From the NCBI GenBank assembly GCA_000147015.1, contig CP002161.1, positions 60,001-92,000 of the forward strand: a DNA stretch of 32,000 bases, written 5' to 3'. Source of the stretch: Candidatus Saccharimonadota bacterium. Its GTDB lineage: Bacteria; Pseudomonadota; Gammaproteobacteria; Burkholderiales; Burkholderiaceae. The translations under genes were made by a program, and so were the position numbers. Positions 1-7,374 of this stretch are shown piece by piece; positions within the stretch are counted from its first letter, which is position 1; the number at the start of each line of letters is the position of its first letter. Under the pieces are notes generated by a model that saw only the letters and a program-made list of their open reading frames with translations, searched no databases and was not told the origin of the DNA.

Positions 1-321
1 ATTTATTGAAATTGATTTATGAGGTATATTAGGAATACTTAATATAAAATGATTTATTATGTAATTAAAAATATTTAAAATATTTTTAATTTTTTTAATA
101 TTATTATTTATATATAATATATTTTTATAAATAAAATTATTATTTTTTTTATTTAAAAAGTATTTTTTAGATAAAATATTTTTATTTTTTCTTAAATTAT
201 TTAAATAAAATTGTAAAATTTTTCTTTTATTATTTATTTTATTAAAAAAAAATAAATTAATATTAAAAAATCTATATTTTAATAATTTATTTAAATAAAT
301 TATATTTAATTTTTTTATCAT
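1..321 (-). CDS. Hypothetical protein, N-terminal part only (gene runs off window start)
   Basis: ATG at 321..319, directly after the frr stop. I walked all 107 codons down to position 1 and found no TAA/TAG/TGA, which is rare for a random frame in this AT-rich DNA. Translation MIKKLNIIYLNKLLKYRFFNINLFFF... has no motif I recognise. It is absent from the ORF track because it has no stop in the window. Confidence 0.35.
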   Translation of the reverse strand, partial: MIKKLNIIYLNKLLKYRFFNINLFFFNKINNKRKILQFYLNNLRKNKNILSKKYFLNKKNNNFIYKNILYINNNIKKIKNILNIFNYIINHFILSIPNIPHKSISIN

Positions 322-322
322 T

Positions 323-865
323 TTAATTATTTAATATTTCTTTTTTTTTTATTTTAAAAAAAAAATCTATTTTTTCTATATATTTTTTTGTTAATTTATC
401 TAATTTATTTTTAATATTATTTATTTCATTTAAAGAATATTTTTCTTTATTTATTTTATTTTTAAAAATTCTTCTTTCATTTCTAATATTTATTTTTTTT
501 TCTTCTGTATATTTTTTTAAATTATTAATAATAATATTTTTAAATTCATTATTTAATTTGGGTATTTTAATATAAAAAGTATTTTTTTTTTTTATATAAT
601 TAAAATTAAATTTATTATAATTTAATGTTTTTTTAATATTATTTATAATATTTTTTTCATATGGTATAATACTTAAAGTTTTTTCATCTATTACAAATAT
701 ATTAGATATTTTATTTAAATATATTTTTTTATTATTATATTTTATTTTTATATTATATAATATATTAGAATTTAATTTATTACCTTGTATTTTAATTAAA
801 TTATTTTTAAATTCTTTAATAATATTTTTAAATTTAATTATAATATTTTCTATTATATTTATCAT
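323..865 (-). CDS. frr: Ribosome recycling factor
   Basis: 180 aa, the typical RRF length. C-terminal IRNERRIFKNKINK...LDKLTKKYIEKID matches the RRF pattern IRNiRRdan..lKk...iqklTdkyi..id. Lies downstream of tsf as usual. Confidence 0.88.
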   Translation of the reverse strand: MINIIENIIIKFKNIIKEFKNNLIKIQGNKLNSNILYNIKIKYNNKKIYLNKISNIFVIDEKTLSIIPYEKNIINNIKKTLNYNKFNFNYIKKKNTFYIKIPKLNNEFKNIIINNLKKYTEEKKINIRNERRIFKNKINKEKYSLNEINNIKNKLDKLTKKYIEKIDFFFKIKKKEILNN

Positions 866-873
866 TTTAAATA

Positions 874-1689
874 TTAATAAATAATATAAAATGAAATTAT
901 TTCTATATTATTATTTTTAATAATATTTTTAATTTTATATTTTATATTTTTAATAAAATTTTGTTCAAATAAACAATTATTTATATAAAATTCTTTAATA
1001 TTATTATTAAATATTTTTAATTTAACATTATTATTATATTTACTATTTATTTTATTTATTATATTATTTTTTTCTTTATTTAATATATTAAATGGTATAT
1101 TTTTCTTTAATATATATTTTGGTTTTAAAGCAGTTATATGTAATACAATATCTTTAATAATATTTTTGTTAAAATTATTTTTTATTTTATATTCTAATAT
1201 AGTTGAAATTTTATTATTATGATTATAATTAATAAATTTATTTATTGTTTTTAAAAATATAAAATATTTTATAATAATATTTTCGTTAAAATATTTAATA
1301 ATTTTATAATTAATATTTTTTATATATTTTTTATATATTTTATATTTATTTAGGATATTTAAATTATATATTTTATTTTCACTTATTATTTTTGAAATAA
1401 ATTTAACATATTTTAAAAAAAAATAATTTTCTATTATTATAATATTTTGACACTTAATTTTTATTAACACAGAAATATTAAATAAATTATTAATATATGA
1501 AAATGTAATAAAATTTTTTGTTTTATTAAATGTAATTTTATTTATTTTTTTACCTAATAATAATTTCAACATTTTTTTTGATTTTTTGAAATTTCATTTT
1601 GTTTTTATCAAAATTTTTTTACATTCTATATAAGAAACTTGTGTTTTACTTCTTAATTTTTTTATTATTTTTATATTTTTTTTTAACAT
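874..1689 (-). CDS. tsf: Elongation factor Ts
   Basis: ORF 874..1572 extends upstream through one TGA to ATG 1689..1687 (816 nt, in frame). The restored N-terminus IKIIKKLRSKTQVSYIECKKILIKTKWNFKKSKKML matches the EF-Ts UBA-like motif (vKeLRerTgagmmdCKkAL...). Follows rpsB as in most bacteria. Confidence 0.88.
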
Positions 1690-1740
1690 TTATATTTTAT
1701 ATATTTTTATTTTTAAATTTTTAATATTTATTATTTATAT

Positions 1741-2466
1741 TTATTTTATAATTTTTTTATTAAATTTATTAATATTAATTTTATTATTATAAATAATTTT
1801 ATATTTTTTACTATATATAATTGTATTAATTAAATTTTTAATATATAATTTTATAGATATAATAGAATCATTATTTCCTGGAATTATATAATCTATATTT
1901 TCAGGATTATTATTTGTATCTACTATTGCTATTATTGGAATTTTTAGTATTTTTGCTTCTTTTATAACATTTTTATGAAATTCTGTATCTATTACAAATA
2001 TAGCATCAGGTAAATTATTCATCATTTTCATACCTCCAATAAATTTTTTTAATTTTTTAAACTTTTTAATAAAATTTGAAGTTCCCTTTGTATTTAATTT
2101 TATTTTTTTTTTTTTTTTTATCATATTTTTAAATTTTTTTATTGAATTATTTATAATTTCATAATTTGTAAAAGTACCTCCTAATCATCTTTGATTTATA
2201 TAAGGTAATCCACCTCTTTTTGCTTCAGATTTTATTATATCTCTAGTATTTTTTTTAGTACATACTAATAAAATTGTTCTATTATTAGCTGATAAAATAC
2301 TTATATATTCCAAAGCTTTTTTATATAATATAATAGTTTTTTTTATATCTATTATATGTATTTTATTTTTACAACCTATTATATATTTACTCATTTTAGG
2401 ATTTAAAAAACATTTTTTATGTCCTAAATGAATTTTGGATTTTATAATTTTATTTATTGTTAACAT
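1741..2466 (-). CDS. rpsB: 30S ribosomal protein S2
   Basis: Track fragments 2185..2466 and 1741..2124 share one frame (726 nt). They are joined by a TGA at 2185..2187 in ...[14 protein letters not shown], which corresponds to the S2 motif RWLGGmLTN. Also [28 protein letters not shown]. Confidence 0.95.
2103..2120. repeat. T18 homopolymer (poly-Lys codons on minus strand) inside rpsB
   Basis: Counted directly: 18 consecutive T at 2103..2120. The reading frame of rpsB stays intact across it. Confidence 0.95.
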
Positions 2467-2479
2467 TTTTAAAAAAAAT

Positions 2480-3061
2480 ATGTCTTATGTAAATAAAGTA
2501 ATATTAATTGGAAATTTAGGAAAAGATCCTGAAATTCGCAATTTATCCAATAATAATGTAGTTGTTAATACTATATTATTAACTAAAGAATTTTGAAAAG
2601 ATAAAGATGATAATAAAAAAGAAAGTGTTGAGTGACATAGAGTAATATTTTATAATAATTTAGCTAAAATAGTATCAAAATATTTAAAAAAAGGTTCAAA
2701 AATATATATAGAAGGTAAAATAAAAAATAGAAAATGATTACAAGATAATGAAGAAAAATATATAACAGAAATTATATGTAGTAATATGCAAATGTTAAGT
2801 TATAATAAAAAATATGATAATGAAGAATATAATTTAAATGAAAAAAAATATTTTAAAAGTAATAACTATGATATTAAAAGTAAAGAAAATAAAGAATTTA
2901 TAAAAAAAGATAAATATGAAAATATTGAGGATAAAAAATATAAATATTTTGAAAATAATAAAGATAATAAAAATGAAATAAAAAAAAATAACGAAAATAA
3001 TGAAAATAATGATATAAAAAAATATTTAAAAGATTTAGATAATGATGATATACCATTTTAA
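2480..3061 (+). CDS. ssb: Single-stranded DNA-binding protein
   Basis: ATG at 2480. [20 protein letters not shown]... OB fold. Three in-frame TGA (2594, 2633, 2735) fall in EFWKD, VEWHRV and NRKW, which are the E. coli SSB W40/W54/W88 contexts. Ends in the canonical acidic tip DNDDIPF. Track ORF 2786..3061 is only its C-terminal part. Confidence 0.95.
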
Positions 3062-3063
3062 AA

Positions 3064-3483
3064 CTAATATTTTATTCTTTTAATTTTAAAATTATGACTT
3101 ATTTTTGCTGTTTTATTTAACATTATAATTGCTGAACAATATTTTTTATGTGAAACATTAATTGCACTTTCTATTAAATTTTTATTAATATTTATTCCAT
3201 AAATTTTAAAAAAAAAATTTATATTTATAAATACTTTAGGAATTTTTTTAGATCTTTTACTATTTATTAATAATTTTAAACTTATTATATTTTGATTATT
3301 TTTTTTTAATATAGTAATTATATCATATGTTGTACAACCTCCCGCACCTAATAAAATTATTTCCATTGGTCTAGGAGATGAATATTCATTTTTATTACTA
3401 TTCATTGTTATTATATTTTTTGAATCTGTAATTCCTATTAATGTTGTATTTAAAATTTTATTTCATTTTATTATACATTTCAT
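3064..3483 (-). CDS. OsmC/Ohr-family (peroxiredoxin-like) protein
   Basis: Track ORF 3064..3405 extends through one TGA to ATG 3483..3481 (420 nt). LLGAGGCTTYDIITILKK and SHKKYCSAIIML match the two conserved Cys regions of the OsmC family (l.AlagCt..dv..il.k / kyCsv...l). Confidence 0.7.
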
Positions 3484-3493
3484 TTTTTTTATT

Positions 3494-3922
3494 ATGAAAA
3501 CTATTTTTATTAAAAAAAATATATTAAAAGATAAATGATTATTAATTGACGCAAAGGATAAAATTTTAGGAAAATTAGCAAATAAAGTTTCTTCTATAAT
3601 AATAAATAAAAATAAAAAATTAAATTTTAATATAAATAATAATAATTTTATAATAATTATAAATAGTGATAAAATTAAAGTTACAGGTAAAAAAAATATT
3701 AATAAAAAATATTATTATCATACTAATTTTCCTGGTGGTTTAAAAGTAATTAATTTTAATGATTTAAAAAAAAAAAATTCTAATTTAGTAATAAGAAAAG
3801 CAATATTAGGAATGTTACCAAAAAATATTTTAAAAAATAAAATAATAAATAATATAAAAATATATAAAAATAATATTTATAATAATAATAATTTAAAAAA
3901 AATAAAAATTATTAAAATATAA
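3494..3922 (+). CDS. rplM: 50S ribosomal protein L13
   Basis: Not in the track because it is split by TGA. MKTIFIKKNILKDKWLLIDAKDKILGKLA...YYYHTNFPGGLK...AILGMLPKN matches L13 (..rdWyvvDA.gk.LGRLA...yy.HtG.pGG.k...av.GMLPk). The stop TAA 3920..3922 overlaps the rpsI ATG by 1 nt (TAATG). Confidence 0.93.
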
Positions 3923-4317
3923 TGTTTAAAAAAAATAAATATTTTTACTCTACAGGTAAAAGAAAAAAATCTATTGCTAAAATATTTTTAAAAAAAGGAA
4001 TAGGAAAAATATTAATAAATAATAAATTACCATATGAATATTTTTTTTTAAGAAAAAAATTATTAATAGCTTTAAAACCATTAAAAATTATCAAAAATAA
4101 TAAGTTTGATATATTAATTTTTGTTAAGGGAGGTGGATATACTGGCCAATCAGAAGCTATATTACATGGTTTATCTAAATGTTTAGTTAATTTTAATAAA
4201 TATTATAAAAATATATTTTCTAATTTAAAATTTTTAACGAGAGATTCTAGAATGGTAGAAAGAAAAAAATTAGGACATAAAAAAGCTAGAAAAAGTAAAC
4301 AATTTTCTAAACGTTAA
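3922..4317 (+). CDS. rpsI: 30S ribosomal protein S9
   Basis: 131 aa. GGGYTGQSEAILHGLSKCL and the C-terminal LTRDSRMVERKKLGHKKARKSKQFSKR are classic S9. Conserved rplM-rpsI order. Confidence 0.95.
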   Translation: MFKKNKYFYSTGKRKKSIAKIFLKKGIGKILINNKLPYEYFFLRKKLLIALKPLKIIKNNKFDILIFVKGGGYTGQSEAILHGLSKCLVNFNKYYKNIFSNLKFLTRDSRMVERKKLGHKKARKSKQFSKR

Positions 4318-4321
4318 AATT

Positions 4322-4627
4322 ATGAAATTTTCTAATAAATCATTAAAAATTATTAATAACAAATATTATAATAAATTTTTAAGAATTTATATAAAAGGCG
4401 GTGGTTGTATGGGTTTAAAATATATTTTTAATTTTAAAAGAAAATATAAAAATTATGATTTATTGATAAAAATAAAAAATTTAATAATAATAATAGATTT
4501 TATAAGCTATCAATATTTATATAAATCTTATTTAAAATACAAAAATACTTTTGAAAAATCTAATTTTATTATTTTTAATCCTGAAGTAAAAAAAACTTGT
4601 AATTGTGGTTCTTCTTTTAATTTTTAA
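4322..4627 (+). CDS. erpA: Fe-S cluster insertion protein, ErpA/IscA (HesB) family
   Basis: 101 aa. GGGCMGLKY and the C-terminal NPEVKKTCNCGSSF match the A-type carrier Cys motifs (GGGCsGf.y ... CgCG.SF). The position right after rplM-rpsI is as I recall for erpA in Betaproteobacteria. Confidence 0.78.
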   Translation: MKFSNKSLKIINNKYYNKFLRIYIKGGGCMGLKYIFNFKRKYKNYDLLIKIKNLIIIIDFISYQYLYKSYLKYKNTFEKSNFIIFNPEVKKTCNCGSSFNF

Positions 4628-4631
4628 TTTT

Positions 4632-4932
4632 TAAAAATATTATTATATTATATATATATTAAATAAATAAAATTTTAGGAAAGTCTGGATTCTTATAATA
4701 TAATAATAGTTAATTACTATAAAAAATAAAAATAAATAATTTATTTTAAAAATATAATTTTTAAGAAACAATTTTTTGAAAAGAAATATATTTATAAAGA
4801 ATAATTATTTATTTATATTAAAATAGTTTATTAAATATAATGGTTTATAAGCTCAAAAAATAAATTAATTTATTTTTAAGTAAATATTTATTTATTTTGT
4901 TTTACTTAATCCAGCTTATAATATTTTTTTTA
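4632..4932 (+). ncRNA. rnpB: RNase P RNA (bacterial type A, strongly reduced); ends approximate
   Basis: ggaaagtctggattc at 4678..4692 matches the universally conserved GGAAAGUCCGGGCUCC. acttaatccagcttat at about 4904..4919 matches ACAGAACCCGGCUUAU. The flanking taaaaatatt (about 4632) and aatattttt (about 4920) can form P1. The region has no ORF and is locally G/C-enriched only at these motifs. Confidence 0.72.
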
Positions 4933-4960
4933 TAATAATATTTACATATATTTCAAAATT

Positions 4961-5818
4961 ATGAAAATAAATAATAAATTTCCAATATTAATTTCGGAAA
5001 TTTTTAATATATTAAAAAATATAAAAATAAATAAAGACATATTTATAGATGCTACTATGGGAATGGCAAAACATTTGAAAAAAATAAATAAAAAAATAGA
5101 AATAAAAAAAATTTTAGCCTTTGAAAAAGATAATTTAATATTTAATAGAAATAAAATTAAAATGAAAAAAATATTTATAGTAAATGATAATTTTAAAAAT
5201 ATATTTAAAATATTAAAATTATTAAAAATAAAAAAAATAAATTTTATTTTATTTGATTTAGGAATATCTTTATTTCAAATTATAAACAAAAATGGTTTTA
5301 GTTATAAAAAAAATTCTTTGTTAGATATGAGAATAAATAATAAGTTAAATAAACCTGCTTATAAAATTTTAAATAATTATAAAAAAGAAAAAATTTTAAA
5401 AATATTTAATTATTATAGAAATAAAAAGTATTTTTTTAAAATAGTTAATTTAATAATTTATAATAGAAAGAAAAAAGAAATAAAAAAAACATTTGATTTA
5501 ATTAATATAATAAAAAAAGTAACTAATAAAAATAAGATTAATAATTATATATCTAAAATATTTCAAATAATAAGAAATTATATAAATAAAGATAATTTAA
5601 AAAATATATTAAAAAATATAATTTTAAAATACTTATATAAAGGAATAATTATAATTATAAGTTTTCATTCTATAGAAGATAATATAATTAAAAATATGTT
5701 TTATAAAAATAAATTTAAAAAAAAAATTAAATTATTAAAAATAATACCTCAAAAATTAGAAATATTTTTAAATTATAAATCAAGATCATCAATTATGAGA
5801 ATAATCTTAAAATTATAA
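4961..5818 (+). CDS. rsmH: 16S rRNA (cytosine1402-N4)-methyltransferase
   Basis: 285 aa. FDLGISLFQI (DLGVSSpQld), GFSYKKNSLLDMRIN (GFSF..dgpLDMRM), ISFHSIEDNIIKNMF (ISFHSLEDRivK.f) and the C-terminal NYKSRSSIMRII (NpRaRSa.LR.a) match RsmH/MraW. Confidence 0.9.
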   Translation: MKINNKFPILISEIFNILKNIKINKDIFIDATMGMAKHLKKINKKIEIKKILAFEKDNLIFNRNKIKMKKIFIVNDNFKNIFKILKLLKIKKINFILFDLGISLFQIINKNGFSYKKNSLLDMRINNKLNKPAYKILNNYKKEKILKIFNYYRNKKYFFKIVNLIIYNRKKKEIKKTFDLINIIKKVTNKNKINNYISKIFQIIRNYINKDNLKNILKNIILKYLYKGIIIIISFHSIEDNIIKNMFYKNKFKKKIKLLKIIPQKLEIFLNYKSRSSIMRIILKL

Positions 5819-5819
5819 A

Positions 5820-5908
5820 ACCTGGGTGGTGGAATAGGTAGACACAATGGACTTAAAATCCATCGTTTATTAAAAATAAACATGCCGGTTCGATTCCGGT
5901 CTCAGGTA
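5820..5908 (+). tRNA. tRNA-Leu (anticodon UAA), long variable arm
   Basis: Acceptor ACCTGGG/CTCAGGT; D arm GTGGAATAGGTAGACAC; anticodon loop CTTAAAA; long extra arm; T arm GCCGGTTCGATTCCGGT. Closely resembles E. coli leuZ. No encoded CCA. Confidence 0.92.
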
Positions 5909-5935
5909 TTTTTAAAATACAAATTTTTTAAAATT

Positions 5936-6244
5936 TTATTTTTTAGAAATTTCTTCATCTAAAATACTATAATAATGATGATTTTTACCATAAGTATAAT
6001 ATGTTAATTGATCAGAATTACTAATATGTAACTTATTTAAAATATCTAATATAAAATTAATTAATCCCATCACAAATCTTATTATAAATGAAAGTATACT
6101 TCTAGTTATTAATAATATTTTTTTTTTAGGTTTTCCGTGTGTTTCATCATAAATTACATAATCATATTCGTATTTATCGTAATAATAATATCTTAAAAAA
6201 TTTTTTACTTTATAAAATATTTTTTTAAATTGTATATTTTTCAT
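5936..6244 (-). CDS. Hypothetical small protein with one central hydrophobic helix
   Basis: 102-aa ORF with ATG and TAA, packed 2 nt after the upstream ORF. Its composition (Y/D/E/H/G-rich ends, central ILLITRSILSFIIRFVMGLINFILDIL) is less degenerate than chance AT-rich ORFs. I could not assign a family. Confidence 0.45.
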   Translation of the reverse strand: MKNIQFKKIFYKVKNFLRYYYYDKYEYDYVIYDETHGKPKKKILLITRSILSFIIRFVMGLINFILDILNKLHISNSDQLTYYTYGKNHHYYSILDEEISKK

Positions 6245-6246
6245 TT

Positions 6247-6588
6247 TTAGATTTTAATAATTAAATTTTTATTATATAAAATATTATTAAAGTTAATAAT
6301 ATTTATTTTATTTATTAAATTAATATTAAAATTTATAATTTTAAAAATTATATTTATTAAAAAAAATTTAAATTTATAATTTATTTTATTTTTATTTTTA
6401 ATATAAATTAAAAATAATTGGTTTATATATTTATAAAATTTAATTTTATAAATACTTTTTAATATACTTTTGTTTAAATTAAAATCTTTAATTTTTATAT
6501 TATTAATTAAAGATTTTATATTTTCTTTGTATATTAGTAAAATATTTTCTTTTTTAGGAAAATATTTGTTTATATTTTTTTTTTTCAT
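6247..6588 (-). CDS. Hypothetical protein (unassigned, K/N/I-rich)
   Basis: 113-aa ORF co-directional with smpB. No diagnostic motif. A very weak resemblance of the N-terminus (YFPKKENILL) and the size to RNase P protein is not enough for a call. Confidence 0.35.
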   Translation of the reverse strand: MKKKNINKYFPKKENILLIYKENIKSLINNIKIKDFNLNKSILKSIYKIKFYKYINQLFLIYIKNKNKINYKFKFFLINIIFKIINFNINLINKINIINFNNILYNKNLIIKI

Positions 6589-6655
6589 TTTTTTAAAATT
6601 GAATAAAATATAAATTAAAATAAAAATTATTTTAAAAATATAAAATTAAAAAAAA

Positions 6656-7108
6656 TTAAAAATTATAATCAAAATTTAAATTTTTATATTTAATTTTTTT
6701 TTTATTATCAATATTTTTATTTAAAATATTTTTTTGATATTCTTTTTTTCTTTTTACAATTGCTATTTTAAATTTTATATATTTTTTTTTAAAATATATT
6801 TTATATAAAATAATAGTGAAACCTTTTTTTAAATATTTAGTTTTAATTTTTATAATTTCTTCTTTATGTAATAATAATTTTTTTTTCATATTTTTTTTTA
6901 ATTTAAAATTTTTTATTTCTTTTTTATATTCAATAATTAAATTATATATATAAATTTCATTACCTTCAAATTTGATATAATTATTATCAACATTAAATTT
7001 TTTAAGTTTTAATAATTTAACTTCTATTCCTTCTAATATAATTCCTGCTTCAATTTTTTTCTTTATATAATAATTTAATAAAATTTTTTTATTTTTAAAA
7101 ATAATCAT
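6656..7108 (-). CDS. smpB: SsrA-binding protein SmpB
   Basis: 150 aa. KKIEAGIILEGIEVKLLK, KKLLLHKEEI and KGFTIILYKIYFKKKYIKFKIAIVKRKKEY match SmpB (.eeiEAGi.L.G.EVKSlr ... rKLLLh..Ei ... kG.tlvpl.ly...g..Kv.ialakGKk..DKR). Its partner tmRNA is at 29907..30240. Confidence 0.9.
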   Translation of the reverse strand: MIIFKNKKILLNYYIKKKIEAGIILEGIEVKLLKLKKFNVDNNYIKFEGNEIYIYNLIIEYKKEIKNFKLKKNMKKKLLLHKEEIIKIKTKYLKKGFTIILYKIYFKKKYIKFKIAIVKRKKEYQKNILNKNIDNKKKIKYKNLNFDYNF

Positions 7109-7374
7109 AAATATATTAATAAAATTTAATATTTTTAAATTTATAATATATAATAAATAAAAAAATATTTTTTTATATATTTTATAAATTTTATTATATT
7201 TATTATAATATTTATAATAAATATTATTAAAAATAATAAAATTATAAATATAATAATATTTTTAAAATTATTTTTCATAATATTATTTTAATAACCATTA
7301 ATAATTATATATTTTATTAAGAATAATTTTTATTTTACATTTTAATATATTTATATCTTATTATTATATAATAT

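Noticed and set aside
2786-3061. Track ORF of 91 aa as an independent K/N/E-rich protein
   Set aside because: It is in frame with, and simply the C-terminal part of, ssb starting at 2480. It ends in the SSB tip DDIPF.
6247-6588. Annotating the 113-aa ORF as RNase P protein (rnpA)
   Set aside because: The resemblance is limited to size and a YFPKKENILL-like N-terminus. The basic RNR motif (A..RNR.KR..RE) is not recognisable, and the usual rpmH/yidC neighbours are absent.
7141-7278. 45-codon minus-strand ORF (MKNNFKNIIIFIILLFLIIFIIN...) in the smpB-htpG gap, possibly a small membrane protein
   Set aside because: Hydrophobic I/F/L-rich ORFs of this length arise easily by chance in A/T-only DNA. 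It has no motif, no conservation evidence and no recognisable ribosome-binding context, so I do not list it as a feature.
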